64,000 nt of DNA from Octopus sinensis (GCF_006345805.1 NC_043009.1:70370001-70434000); one strand, 5' to 3'; positions 40,218 through 54,957 are shown, counted from the first letter of the stretch. Made by a program: numbers and translations. Notes: generated by a model from the letters alone, not told the origin.

Positions 40218-40897
40218 TAAGTGTGTATTATTATATTTTGCACCCAGAATATATGACACCGTTACAATCTCACACGCCGACGACTTGCTAATTACGTACA
40301 GAGAATTGACATTTTGACACAGGAAGCGAATTATTCAAACTTGTAATTTGCTTGAACGTTTTGCACGATAACTGCAACAGGTGAAGTTGCAACACGATTG
40401 AGATATCACAGCTTAGAAGAGCAGCCATCGTACAAGTAGGTAAGTTTTTCAAATATTTTAATCTGATACTGTTCAATCTGGCATACAACAATTTGTAGCA
40501 TAAAAAAAGTAGAAACGCATCTGTCAAGTTGTGTTAAACGAAAAAAATCTCTGGTCGCTCTTATCCATGTTCTTAAACATACATTCAGATTTGTCTCCCA
40601 TTTCCCAAATGTTTTATTGACTATTTCGAATCACGTAAGTCTTATGTTAACCCATGCGTAAAATAAAATATCATTTGCATTTCCTGCTGCTAGTTTATTC
40701 TCTGAAATGAACGGCAATTTTCTTCCGCAACACTTCTCATTTATCTTATCACGTAGTGAGTCAATTATAAATTATCTGCTTCTGACTTCAACCGAAAGTG
40801 CAAACTGACGTAAAACATTAAAACAAATTTCACATTACTACTTATTCTATAGTGCTGCAATATACTTACTTATATCATCGTTTATTAGTATCATCAC

Positions 40898-40947
<50 letters not shown>

Positions 40948-41138
40948 CCGTCATCATCATCATTCTCGTTGTTGTTGCTGTAGTTGTTGTTCTTATTGGT
41001 GTTGTTATATCAAATTTTCAGTTTCATATATGATATAGCATAAAATTCCACTGCCATCCAACACAGCTATAAATCATTATTACATACCTCAAATCCTTAA
41101 ATTATTGTCTTTTTAGTAAAGTGCTTCTTTCTCTCTTT

Positions 41139-41139
<1 letters not shown>

Positions 41140-41220
<81 letters not shown>

Positions 41221-41233
41221 GAAATATATATTT

Positions 41234-41282
<49 letters not shown>

Positions 41283-41479
41283 CATAATTGCACCTAATAG
41301 ACATGCATATATATATATTTATGTGTGTGTGTGTATGTGTGCGTGCGTGTGTGTGTATATAATATATATATACATATACATATACATATATATATATATA
41401 TATTATATATATATAATATATATATAATATATAATATATACATATATAGATATATATTATATATACATATATACATATA

Positions 41480-41572
<93 letters not shown>

Positions 41573-41590
41573 GTATATATATATATGTAC
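41140..41590. repeat. compound (CT)n/(TA)n/(TG)n microsatellite cluster
   Basis: Directly visible. Confidence 0.95.
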
Positions 41591-42763
41591 ATATAAGAAT
41601 GAATGTTTTTATATATAATGAACGTGAAATACAGGAAGGGACGAACACGGAACACAGACAAATCATTCGAAGCCTTCAATCTTCAGTCAGACACCGAATC
41701 ATCATAGCAAATTTCGGCTGTTCAATTCTGATATTTGCTCCAACTCGGCCAGCCCCAAGAAAAAAAAGCTGTAAGCATTAGATTTCTTGGTAGAAGACAG
41801 GAATGTGAACGCACAAGACGGATGTGAATACAAGAGACGAAAACGAAATTGAAAACAGTAATGAATAAACAAAATATATATAACGGTGGTTGTCATACGA
41901 CTTTAGACCAAATGAGACAAAAACAACAACAACAACATATATCCTGTATAAAGATGAGCTACTAATATTGAAGATACGAGTTTAGGCATGTCTTACAACG
42001 TGCCTTGTGTCTTCAGGCGATATCTTGGTTCCGAGAACATGCACTGTTGTATTTGAAAATCAGGACGCTGGTTCAAGAGAGACCAAGAGAAGACAAGAAG
42101 GCTGATGCAAAAGGTGAATGAGGGAATAAAAAGAGAAAAATAGAAACAGAAAGAGATTAGAGTTACGTCTCCTACTCATCGTTGTAGAATAATCGGAGTG
42201 GGGTCTTCAGTCAGTGGGACAGCTGCCTAGTTTGGAAATATTCCTGTTTTTTCTGATAGTTTCATTTCTCGAAATATTTTCTCAGATGGAATTCTTGGAT
42301 CTAAAGAAGTGGCCATCGTTCAGTTACGCATATGTTGCACTTACATCCATTTATATGAGACATTCGTATCTCTACGATGGCCCAAACTCGTTGTATGAAA
42401 ACGTTTACCGCTCGTGAGAATAGGTTAAACACTTGCTTTGCGTTGGAAAAGGAAGTCAGATTAATATAGAAATCAGGGCAACAGAATTAGTTCGAAAGCT
42501 CATTTATGGGGTTCTACCATGCAAATATGTAATCAACATCTACGATCGGGATTAGGGATGTGCACGGCACCTATTAACTGAGTGAGTGCGACGGACAAAA
42601 AGCAACTGAGTAAGAAATGTCTCCGGAAAGAACATCATGCATTGCACTGTCGAGTTTTCGAAAAAGTCTGCGACAGTTCCAAAAATATTGCTGCTACTGT
42701 CTCGAATTCCGAAGACTTTAAGAATAGGTGAGAAAGGCTGAGTCGAAGAACACCTATCTTGTA

Positions 42764-43027
42764 TCTTTTACTTGTTTCAGACCGCGGCCATGTACTGTAT
42801 TTAGTCCAATGGACTGACCCTCGTATTTTTTCTATCGGTCTTTTACACAACCACTAAATTACGGGGACATAAACATACCAACACCGATTGTAAAAAGGTG
42901 GTGGGGCACAAACTTAGACACATATGTATATGTATATATATGATGGGATTCTTTCAGTTTCCGTCTATTAAATCCACTCACTAGGATTTGGTCGGCCCGA
43001 CGCTATTGTAGAAGACACTTGCCCAAG
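42764..43027 (-). mobile_element. SINE family B, lacking tRNA head
   Basis: TCTTTTACTTGTTTCAG...TTACGGGGAC...internal (TA)n...AGAAGACACTTGCCCAAG. Confidence 0.8.
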
Positions 43028-43783
43028 TTATATATGCGTGTTTGTGTGTGTGCGTATGTGGGTGTGTGAGTGTGCGAATGTGTGAGTGTGCTTGTGCGTT
43101 TGTATGTGTGCGAATGTGTGCGCGTGTCTATGTATTTAGTATGTGTGAGTGTGTGTGGGTGTGCTTTCTACTCTATTTGTACCCCAATGCTTTGCTTGGG
43201 AAGAAAGCTTCTTAGCACCCAGACATGCCTACACCTCAGATGTTGAATGCGAACAAATGGCGTTTGCAATAATTCAGACTTTGGAAACGAAGAAATCCTT
43301 CGCAACTATGTCTGCCTAATGCAGACAATCCATCTGCTGCCACCCGATCAATAAGTGGTGGCGACCGTAGTTATTGGAGGATTTGCCATAATCCTGTCTG
43401 GATGGGAAGCCACGTTGGAAAGGAAAACAAAATATTCAATGAATAATCTACGTCATGTCTAACAGGAAAATTACAAACCCATCACAAATCTCAGAGAAGA
43501 AAGCTCGTGCCACTAAAGGAATATTGAAACAGCGCGAATATGTACACGTTTACACACGCACACACATACACACACACACGTCCACAAACACATACATGCA
43601 TACACACAATCACATGCGTAGTATAACGTTTATGTCTATAGTTAGATGTTCAACTGAGGCTGTTGCTTTTGGAGTTGTATGTTGATGTCTGCTTGCAATA
43701 TTGTGTATAGAAATACTTTGTGTGTGTGAGAGAGAGAGGGAGAGATTATAATTATGTATATATATAAGATAGAATAATATGTA

Positions 43784-43839
<56 letters not shown>

Positions 43840-44539
43840 CTTGGAAATGGATGCGTGGCGTTCGATCATAGAATAATACAAAAATAACATACATGCATAG
43901 AGAAATAAATAGAGAAACGAGACAGGCAACACAAAGAACAATGCTTTCGTCAGTTGTTCCCGTTTTATCTATTCCGCGTTTCGAACATTGGGACGAGATG
44001 CGACTTCGTTAAAACAGTCGTTCCCGGAAAGCAAATTAAATAAAATTTGGGGTTTGTGGAGGGCTACAAGAGTTACAAATACAGGACAGTAAGAACAAAA
44101 CAGTAAAAACAAACGATAAGGGCTGTTAGGTCATCACGTGGTGAAGTGATGAACGCTGGAGAAACGATCTTTGTCTTGTCTCTTGTAAAGCAAGAGGAAA
44201 AAGAAAGATAGCCGCTGGTCACGTGTGTGCAACGAGAGAATCAAGGAGGAAGTGTGAGTGAGGGAGAGGGAGAGAAAGAGAACGGTGAAGGGATGAGGAG
44301 GAGAAGATAGAATAATAATAGAGGGAGAAAAGAGATAGTTGTAGAGGGTGTATCAGAATTATTAAGATAAAACTTACTTGGAAATGGATACGTGGCATTT
44401 GATTATATAATAATAGAAATAATATATATATATATATATGCATATATACATACATATATGTATATACACATTCATATATGGATACTGGGCGTCAAAACGA
44501 ACGTGAAAAGAGTTCGTTTTCCATGTTTTTGTTTTTATG

Positions 44540-45640
44540 TTCTCGTTTTACATTTTGTTAACAATTGCTCGGCGCATCCGCAGTCTCCCTTCTTCCCAGC
44601 TGCTTGTTCTGCTGTTACGATGTTATTGGTTTCACGATGGAAGAGGTTTAAACATGCTGTATATATCTTATACATTAACTTCTAGCATGCGACTGGTCTA
44701 TAGGTTTTTGCCATGTGGTTGGTTCTGCATTCGAGGCTCAATTTTTTCTCTGCCAGAGCTAACCAGTTTGGTAAGCTACTATTCCCAATGAAATCTTGCT
44801 GATACAGATTGATAAGATAGGGTCGGTAGAATCTCAGCTTCTTGTACCAATATCCAATAATCAAGTCTCTTCCAAGTGCTTTTCCATCCTGGTCTTTCTG
44901 GATCACAGTTGCAAGAGTTTCGCCATCAATGTTGTATGTTTTGGATGTAATGCAGGAGCAATAACTTTTTCGAATTGCTTCCAGCCACAGAGCTTCTTGA
45001 TTAAATTCCTTCTCTTCACTCAAGATTTTCCTCTAGAAGGAGTCTATGTCTTCTCGTGAAAGAGCTTCCATGATCTTTACTGTTCCTCCTCTCATGTAGC
45101 TGTAAACTTCTGCTTGGTTGCAGTTAAATGTTTTGTTTATTGTTCTTCTCTCGGTTATTCTCTTCTGATGTCGGAGTTTTTCACTGACAGCTTTTAGCTC
45201 CTGCTTGAGGGTAATTAGTTTGAAAGTGAGTGTTCTCTTTTTGTTGTCTCCAAACATCATTTCTATTTCCTTCTTTACTTTATGTTGGTGAGACGTACAG
45301 TAATTTGCTTGTTTGCATGCAATAAGCACCATTACATGACTGAGGGTCTTCCGTAAACCAGTTATCTTTGTGTCTGCCTTCAAAACTCATGATGGGACTT
45401 TCTTTGTTATTTCGGTTTTGTTTCCTTTTTGAATATCATTCATGTTCTGTTTTACAATAGTAGCCAGAGCATATGTCAGACAGGCGTTAATCAGCCAAGA
45501 TGTGGGTTCCTCACACTGTTGTAAATACTCATCACCAAGTTCGTTAACCGTTTTTAACACCGTATCTGGTGGGTTTGTTTTACTTACTTTGGCAGAGAAT
45601 ACTCTCTCCTCGAAGGAGTACGTCAAAGCCAAAGTTACCT
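44540..45640 (-). pseudogene. R4/Dong-clade ORF N-terminal and early-RT remnant
   Basis: LKQELKAVSEKLRHQK..ERRTINKTFNCNQAEVY, ALWL, KALGRDLIIGYWYKKL, TYRPVAC, NNIVTAEQAAGKKG.CGCAEQLL; in-frame stops. Confidence 0.85.
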
Positions 45641-46450
45641 TTTCTCAGAAAATGGCCACACTTCACCGGCATATAATCTTGACTACTACTACTAATACTA
45701 CTACTACAAATACAATAATACTTGCAGTTGTGACTGATAATGTATATATAACAATATAGATATATGTATAAGGCACTGAGCTGATAGCGTCATTAGCACG
45801 TCGGAGAAAAAAATCGTTAGAGGCATTTTGGCCTTCTTTACGGTCTGCATTCAAATTCCGTTGAGGTCGAGATTTTCAAGTTTAATAATTTCATTTGTGG
45901 TGGTGGTGGTGGTGGTGGGGGCGATACAATAAGCACCACTTGAGTAGAGGAGCCGATGTACTCGATTCTCGCCAACCTCTTATATCTAGCTTTGTGCTAA
46001 AATTTGAAGTTTTCCTTACGTACGCACCGTGGGGGCATACAATCAAATGGTTCTTTTGGTTCTTTGTTTATAGTTTTGGACTAGCGATTCAGTCCACTTC
46101 TAATTCGGTCCCGGTATGAGATGTTGATAAGCCACAATCATGGTGAAGCATCGATATCCATCGCACCAGAATGCGATTATGAAGCGAGTTGTCTCACCAG
46201 TCTATGTTTTAACAAGCGGCACTTTGAAAGAGTCATCTCCACCACGCAGCGTCACAATCCCACCACCGAAGAATCAGAACGCTTGCATAATATTTACAAC
46301 ACGAGCGGTTCTTCTCATTCATATTTGAATATATATGTGTGTGTGTGTATGAATATATGCATGTATGTATACATGTATACATACATATGTGTGTGTGTGT
46401 GTGTGTGTTAATGTGTTAATGGCCTCATCTCTGGAGGATGTGGTGATATA

Positions 46451-47880
46451 GATGTCATCAACGTACCTGGAGAAGAAGATGCCTGAGCGGCAGGGTTTGA
46501 GTGCTTATCCATGCACGAGATGGCTAGCAGGCCTGAAAGGCTCGATCCAATAGGTATGCCGGAAGTCTGTTCGTAAATCACACCGTTATATTGGAAATAG
46601 ATGTTACCAACTATAATGGTTATTAACTCTCGTATATCCGAGGGCGTGAGGCCGAAGAGCTGGAGGTTGATGGATGGTGAGGTGGGAGAAGATGAAGGGG
46701 AAGATGGAGAGGGGGAAGAGATGAGGAAGGAGATGTTGGGTGGGAGATAAGGACGTGATGTGGTCTGTAAGGATATCGACGACTGGGAATGCGAGTACAG
46801 CGGGGTAGAGGAAAAGTACGTCGAAGCTAAAAGAGTATTAGTTTTAAGTATGGCGGGGTCGATAACTTTGAGTCTCGTGAAGATTTCATGGGAGCTGCTG
46901 ACGTGTCCGGGAAATGAGTGTAGTAGGGGCTTGAGGAGTTTAGAGAGGAGCCAAGAAATCTTATAGAAAGGACCGTTAAAATCCTGATACTATGGGTCTG
47001 ACTTTAAGCTTAGCTCCGGATTTGTGGGTTTTTATTAAATGACAGGATAGAAGGGAGGTGTTTTTAGATGCGTGGTTCAACCTAGTCTTCTTAGGGAGAT
47101 TCCTTTGGTGACAAATGTTGGTCCAGCTGGTGTTGATGGTGGACACCTGTTGGTGAGGAGTGATGTAAAACTTTTCGTATAGTGTGGTGTCCCTGACGTC
47201 TTCGGTACCTAGTTTGTTGTCGGTGGGTTTGTCTATAATGAAGAATACTTTCCCTCTGTCTGAAGGTAGATGGACGAGGCTTTTGTTTCTTAAGTTTTGC
47301 AAGGCCAGGAATTGGGATTTAGTAAGGTTGTGTGATAGGGAAGGGTGTTTACCTGATATGTTAAGTATGGATTGTTTGAGTCTTGCTAGTCTGGGGTTGA
47401 GTTCGGGGTGGTGTGGGTGTGTGGATTATCAAGGTGGTAGACGAGGAGTCTAAGTATAGGGAAGGAGGAGGGAGAAGAGGAGGTAGAAGAAGATGATGAT
47501 GACGGTGAAGATGACGATAAATACGGGAAAGAGGATGAGGACGATGTAGGGGGGGGGTAAAGGGGTAGATAATGACGCTGGCGATGATGAAGACGGTAAG
47601 GATGGTGATGGAGAAGAAGATGTGGAATAGAAGCTGGTGAGCGTAATGTTGATGATGACAGCGACGATGTCAGCGCTGACGATGAAGATCAAGATTATGT
47701 AGGGAGGGAGAGGGCGTTTTAAGGGCCGTAATGCATTTTAGTTAGTAAGCTGTCCGACAAAAGTTGGTCTTTCAGTTTCAATTTGTCAATGAGTTGTGTT
47801 AGAATAAATTTGGGTCTTTTGCTCAGAAGTTGTTTCTCTGCCTGTGTGAGATAACCAGATACGTCTGTAACCAGGATGTC
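46451..47880 (-). pseudogene. Penelope-like element RT remnant (N-terminal region to YVDD), interrupted by low-complexity tracts
   Basis: VTDVSGYLTQAEKQLLSKRPKF, LPSDRGKVFFIID, LIKTHK...RPIVS, GPFYKISWLLSKLLKPLL, FSFDV, YFQYNGVIYEQTSGIPIGSSLSGLLA, FFSRYVDDI. Confidence 0.88.
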
Positions 47881-47982
47881 GTTTGCAGCAGCAGCAGCAG
47901 CAATAGCTGTCGTCGGTATGGATGTATTAAGTGGTGGTGCGGCCCCGTGGATGGTGTTAGTAGTGCGCATAGACTTCGGTGG

Positions 47983-48290
47983 TTGGTCAATCTGGGATCT
48001 AGCCTTCCAGGCCTACTGGCCATCACCTTCATGGATAAGCTAGAACGCACAGGACTCGACACCTGCCGCTCATGCATATTCTTCTCCAGGTACGTTGATG
48101 ACATCCTTATCATCACGTCCTCCAGGGATGGGGCCATCAGCATACACCTAACCTTCAATAATATCGACACTGAATAACCAGACGAATCCGGAACCCTCTC
48201 TCTACTCGACTTTCAACTCAGGATCACAGAGGAAGGTTCCATGTTTATCAAATTCTACAGAAAAACAGCTACCAGAAAATTATACATACA
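47983..48290 (+). pseudogene. Penelope-like RT fragment in opposite orientation (YVDD to thumb)
   Basis: LGSSLPGLLAITFMDKLE...FFSRYVDDILII...TLSLLDFQLRI...KFYRKTATRKLYIH. Confidence 0.88.
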
Positions 48291-50883
48291 CACACACGCC
48301 ACACACATATATATTTATTGTGGGATGTATGTGTTAGCGTGTTTATATTATATATTTGAATAACTCATTCTATATTTCACAGCTGAGAATGAGGAAAACC
48401 TATGATCGACCCCATTACGTAACTTGATTGTTGCTTTTTAAGTTCTTGGTTGGCATTGATAAGCCCCTTGACGGTTTATGTGTTTTCTACCCGTCAATAT
48501 TCCATCTTATTTTTAGATATCACATTTCTAGAAATATACTTCATCGTATTTTCGTTTTTCTAAGACAAGCAAGTATGTGGTTTGTGTGATATGTATGAAG
48601 AAGGAAAATAGGGACAAAATAAATGTCGGCGTATACCTCGTTAAGCACTTGTGTAAAAATATTGGCTAACAGTATATCCTATCAAGATAGGTTAGTTCCG
48701 TATGAGAGGTACAAACTATAAATCCCAAGTTTATTTCTCAGTCGTACTTTTCGTGTATTAATCTCTTAACATTTCGAATGGAGCGTTACATTCAGGCGCG
48801 CCACTGTATTTGCTTACTTGCCTTTCACATTATTCGGTGATCAGTTATACATTGCGATCATTTTGCATACTTTTTTTTGATTAATCAACCAAATTATAGA
48901 ACAGTCACCAACCGAGACAATTTCCTTAGGTCCTTTATAGTATCTCTTATAATATTTTTTGCTTTTGTTTGTTTTGAAGTTATACACATCAGATTTAGTT
49001 GAAGTGTGTAGCAGAAAGTAGTCATATCAGATTTCATCCCATTACACAGTAGGATCCTATGCCCGGTAGCTATTTCTGCTATCAGATGCAGTGAGAATAT
49101 GATAGCAATAGTGTCCGCTTCATGTCGAAATTAATTCGGATTTCAGGGTGTAAGATTATTCAAGTGCAAACCAACACATATAAGAACACAAGTTGTACTG
49201 TTACAAAATAATCTGTTTAGATTCTTCAGTTTGTATTCGTTGAATACAATTCCTTTAAAGAAAATATATTTAAAAAAGTAATTATAACTGTTAAATAGAA
49301 TTCCATTTAATGAAATATATTCAAAAGAAAATGTAAATTGCATTAGTTTATGTGTGATAATTATAGACGAAGATTGAAAATTGAAATGAATTTCGAAATA
49401 ATAAGGAACCAAGTGCTTATAAGCAAATTAGCGGGTAAAACAAAATTGAGGAAGGGGAAATCATTAAAATATTATCCAAGCATCGAATTTACTAATTGCA
49501 ATTTAGGTTAGTTGTGAGAAGTTAAAATACTACGGGTTGGCTTATAGAAAGAAGAAGAATCAATGATATTCAATGTATTTAATTGTACCATTGTAAAGAA
49601 ATCATTCGGGATTTCTGTTTCGAAATGTTAAGACTGTTAATTAAAAATGAAAATCTCGATCCCTGCACACATTTATACAATGGAACATTCTAAGCATTAT
49701 TATAAGAAATCCTTTCCCATCTAACCTGAATTCAGAATTCACGAGCAAAACCATATTATCTCGACGCTTTTTATTTTTTCTTTTCCCGTTTTCTTAATCG
49801 GAATGTCAATAAACCGTCGGGAATAAATTTTTCTTCTTTTGTTATTTGTGATATGACTTTCAATTTACCTGGAGTTTCAATTTACTTTCAATTTACCTGG
49901 AGTTATTACGATTAAAACGGAATGATCAGAAACGTTTGTATTTACAGTGTATCACACATTCGCTCTCCACTTAAATAACCTTTTATCTGCTAATTTTAAT
50001 TACAGTTGCTCTCTTGTACAAAGCTTACAATTTTTTTTTTATTTTATTCCCCGTGTAAGCCTGAGCTGTTGAAAGGATACTCCATTGTTGTTTAAAAATA
50101 CCTTTAGAACTTAGGCTTCTCCGTTAGGAAAGTTTCATTACAAACACTTCTGCTATTAAAACTGTCTCTGCATAATATTGTGGCTGTTCAAAGTATAAAA
50201 TGTAGAACCGGTGTAATATCTGTTATTATGTGGAGGTATTACAATGTATTTATATATTACATTGCCTAATATGTAATTAAATTGAAAGAGGCAGGTAGTG
50301 GATAGTCTACATTTACCGGTGTGTTGTGTCCTGAATGAGAATTCCAGGTGTTTTGCTGTTGTTTATTTCGTTATTGCTAGATATTATCTTTTATTCTTGT
50401 GTGATGGGGTTATTTCTGGAATTATGTTTATATTTTTTAGTATTAGAGTCAGTGTTCGATGTCACACGACTGTTTACCTGGCTTTGGACATTTTTAGATT
50501 AATTAAATTAATTAGATTGATTAAAGGGCGATGTTACGTTACTCTCCCACTTGATCGTGATTTCTATTTTTTGTCGTTAAATTTCGAAACAGCGGTTTCC
50601 CTGTTCATAGAACTGATACGCTTCTCCTAGGATCACTGGATCCCTTATTATTGGTATTCCCAGGATGTTGGATGTTTAAGAGTTTTATCCTTTCGATGCT
50701 TGTTAGTAACTATTGGTTGCGTGTTGAGATTTCGATTTACGTTAGGTTTTGGTCTATTAGTTACGTAAGAGAGTTTGTGTTACGTTAAGCAGAATTGTTT
50801 TAGTTGAAGTATTTTCTAATGTTATGAGATATTTAAGGGGTCGATAGTATCTATGTTACAGACTGTGAGAAGTTCAGCCTGTA

Positions 50884-51076
50884 TCTTTCATCTTTCAGCT
50901 ACTTCAGTCATTGGACTGCGGCGATGTTGGGGTACCACCTCGATGATTTTAACCGGAAAAATCGATTCAAGAATTTATTTCTTATTTTAAGTCTAGTACT
51001 CTTTTGACGGACCGCTAAGTTACAGTAATACAGAATAACCAACAACGATTGTCAAGTGATGGGGAGGGACAAACAC

Positions 51077-51124
<48 letters not shown>

Positions 51125-51287
51125 ACACACACGCACACACGTACATGACAGGCTTCCACACATTTTTGACCGGCTAAATTTACTTACAAGGCATTGGTCG
51201 GTCCAGGGATGTATTAGAAGACACCTAAGGAACCGCACTGTGGGACGAAACTCGAAATCTCTTGTGAGCAAAGTGACACTTTCAGCC
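50884..51287 (-). mobile_element. SINE family B, old near full-length copy with internal (CT)n/(CA)n
   Basis: TTCAGTCATTGGACTGCGG...CCGCTAAGTTAC...ACAAGGCATTGGTCGG...GCACTGTGGGACGAAACTC. Confidence 0.75.
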
Positions 51288-51525
51288 TCAAAGTTTTGTT
51301 TGCGCCTGTTGAATTATTTGCATTTAAAAGGAAAATGTTTGTTCAGAATAACAAAGAAGATTTTTAGGGATATCGATTTAATCTTTGGCCAGATTAGTGA
51401 TATTTTATGCGAAAATAACAAAAAATCAACAAGTAATGGCAGCACAATAATTGTCGACGTCAAATTCGATGAGTGAATTATTTTTCGCATTTTCTAACGT
51501 TGAATGATTTTTTCAGTTTCAATTT

Positions 51526-51749
51526 CCTTATTGGCCACTGGGGGGCTAAACATAGAGGGGACAAACAAGGACAAAGGGATTAAAGTCGATTACAACGACC
51601 CCAGTGCGTAACTTGTACTTATTTAATCGACCCCCAAAGGATGAAAGGCAAAGTCGACATCGGTGGAATTTGAACTCAGAACGTAGAGGCAGACGAAATA
51701 CTGCTAAGCATTTCGCCCGGCGTGCTATCAACTCCGCCAGCTCACCGCC
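51526..51749 (-). mobile_element. SINE family A, full length
   Basis: Reverse complement GGCGGTGAGCTGGCGGAG...GAGTTCAAATTCCACCGATGTCGACTTTGCCTTTCATCC... Confidence 0.92.
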
Positions 51750-52008
51750 TTTCTTCAGTTTCATCCCACACGATGAGCAGTATTCTCCTTGACGTCAAAG
51801 ACTATTCTAATATCCGGGAGTAATTCTAAATTATTCTAATCTGGATGTGCATAAGAATCGAAACAGTTGGCTTATCCTTAAAGTTTTAATTATAGTCATT
51901 CAGACTGGTACTTTTTAAAATAAAATGTTGCGTTTTCGTTTCTGTTTTTTTTTTAATCGAGTCAATTTAACCCTGTTCGTTGATATGTGTCAGTATTTTA
52001 TTATCTGC

Positions 52009-52216
52009 GGCGAGCTGGCAGAGACGTTCGCACGTCGGACGAAATGCCTAGCGGTATTTCGACTGCCGTTACGTTCTGAGTTCAAATTCCGCTGAGGTCG
52101 AATTTGCCTTTCATCCTTTCGGGGTCGATAAATTAAGGACCAGTTACGCACTGGGGTCGATATGATCGACTTAATCCGTTTGTCTGTCCTTGTTTGTCCT
52201 CTCTGTGTTTAGTCCC
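52009..52216 (+). mobile_element. SINE family A, near full length
   Basis: GGCGAGCTGGCAGAG...GAGTTCAAATTCCGCTGAGGTCGAATTTGCCTTTCATCCTTTCGGGGTCGATAAATTAAG. Confidence 0.92.
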
Positions 52217-52437
52217 ATGCTATCTAGCAATAGCATGGGCCTTGAGAAAGTCTGAGTTGATATCCGGCTTGTTGGACGACCAGTGCGAGTGACGCAATCG
52301 TAAACTTTTGTTAGATCATGTCTCTTTAGCCCTCTTCAAACCGAGGCTCTGATAACCGGCGGTAATTTGGGCAGCTAAAATCATGCAACATTCGACGATC
52401 GACATTAAGATGAGTAGCTGTGAATAACACTGCCACG

Positions 52438-52471
<34 letters not shown>

Positions 52472-54621
52472 GAGTGACCAAGGACCACATGTGAATTCGT
52501 AGTCACACTGAGACTCCTGGCATGAAAAAATAAAGAGGCATTCAACACATTTAGGGGGAGTTACATATATTTCGAACGCCTGAGCTTGGTTCTGGCGACG
52601 AGCCTACGAATTTCTGAAGCTGCATGAGGTGGATCAAACTGTTCTGATCAGATTTTATTAAAGACACGATCGAAAAGTGAGCTACTATAAATTACAGGTT
52701 CTCATAGTACAGTTTTTAGACGGATATTTATAACGTGCCGTGTACTATGGAGCAATGTTAGACACACAGACAGTAGACAGCTGAGCTGACACCTTAATTA
52801 ATATAGATAACCGGGGAGAGTCTAGCCTTGATCACCTTGCGCAACATGAGGCAAATGGAATTTTATTATCGTCTCGTGTCGACAGGTGTTTTGTGATAGA
52901 AATGGAATAAAAGAAATATGAGACTATTTGGTTGATTTTCCAAATAATTCAAATGCTATAACTTTGTTTCGCGCTGAATGTTGGAAACTTTGGTTTATTT
53001 CTTATACCGTAAAATTCTTAAAGTTTATCGTCTGTTTTATAATACTTTTAGTGATTCTGCTAGGTTCTCAATACCATCTTAATCTCACCATATTTCCGTT
53101 GTAACACATGCCAAAATCTTTTCATTCTGAGGATGAAGCTACGGCGGTCTGTACACTTTGATCATATTCTCAGTTCTAAACAAACAGCGAAGAACTCTCG
53201 GCAAAAATGTGGGATAATCGTGAAAATAAACAAAGCAAGAAAACGTTTGTTTATTCCGAGACAATGCATGCATACATACGTACAAACATGCATATATAAA
53301 TACGTACATACATACATACATGTATGTGTGTCTATGTGAGTGTGTTTGTGCTTGCGTGCGAGCACACACACACACGTGCATATAAAAACATCCATGCATA
53401 CGTAGATGCACGCACATATACACACACAGACACATACGTACGCATCGACACTGTAATTTGTGAAAGAGAGGTTTTGTGTTGTTTTCGTGCGAAAAGAAAA
53501 TTCTAAAGAGCGACATTAAACAATCGTAAGTTAAGGGAGGCAATAAAAACATGGCCCGCTCTTCTGGGAAATGTTATCGGAAGGCAATTAACAAATTCTG
53601 CAAGTGGAGATAACTCCAATTTGTTTCACGTGATTCCAAGTGAAAGTAGATTTCTGTATTGGCCCATTAAGAACCGTGTTGACAGAGGATGGATTAATCG
53701 TTACAGAAACATAACAGGAGATTGAAGAAATATTCCTTATAAGAAGTTGGCATTACTTGCTCAATTCTATTCTTTCTTTACATCAGCATCTCTCAGGCTT
53801 ATAATAATTCTGATGTTTTCTACGTCAGCCCTTTGCTTCGAATTACCTCACAGGCTGTATAAACTATATAAACAGACAAACATCAGATTGAAAGCAAATT
53901 GCCATTATTGGCGGAATGTAAAGCATATTCAAACATTTTCCCTTGTTCTTTCGACTGGAGATTCCTTCCTTCAAAGATAACGTACACTACTATAGTGATT
54001 CTTTTGTAAATCACAAAGCCATTTATAATCTTCTAGTGAAAAGCTAAATTCTCTGCAATATCCATGGCAAAACCAAAAGTGCTTCGCTAGAAACAAAATA
54101 TTTCTAAGCAAATATCAGAAAATCTGTCGGGATTACTGAGGAAGTGCGCGGAAATATCTGTTACATCATCATCGGCTCCAGTCAGTCTCTTATCGATTAC
54201 TGAGAGCAATTTGCAAGCGGACTGCTTCAAAAGCATATCTTATCTAACACATAGAAATACAGAGGCAAACACACGCTCGCCCGCACAGATACAAACACCA
54301 AGTATATATGTACACCTACGCACAATTATACAGAGACGAAAGAGCCCACAACAAAACATTCTACCACGCGTGCGTGCACACACACACTCACACACACAGC
54401 CTATCAAAGAGATTCACATATTAAGTCATATATACATATCTGTGAAAATATGTTTGTATGTGTGCATATATTGACACATGTATATTTACATGTATGTGTA
54501 AATATTCGTATTAATATACATTTATAAATTGTGTGCATATAAACACAAACACACTCACATACACAAATACATATATGTATGCACGTGTGCAAGTATGTGT
54601 AATCATCTCTCTCTCTCTCTG

Positions 54622-54639
<18 letters not shown>

Positions 54640-54710
<71 letters not shown>

Positions 54711-54740
54711 TGATAGATAGATAGATAGATAGATAGATAC

Positions 54741-54788
<48 letters not shown>

Positions 54789-54789
54789 G

Positions 54790-54824
<35 letters not shown>

Positions 54825-54844
54825 GTAGATAGATAGATAGATAA

Positions 54845-54878
<34 letters not shown>

Positions 54879-54909
54879 GGATAGATAGATAGATAGATAG
54901 ATAGATAGG

Positions 54910-54956
<47 letters not shown>

Positions 54957-54957
54957 G

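Noticed and set aside
53500-53730. 72-codon open frame (…LFHVIPSESRFLYWP…) and similar exon candidates at 37672-37756 and 63422-63620
   Set aside because: Weak or unmatched splice signals, several frames open, no recognisable domain
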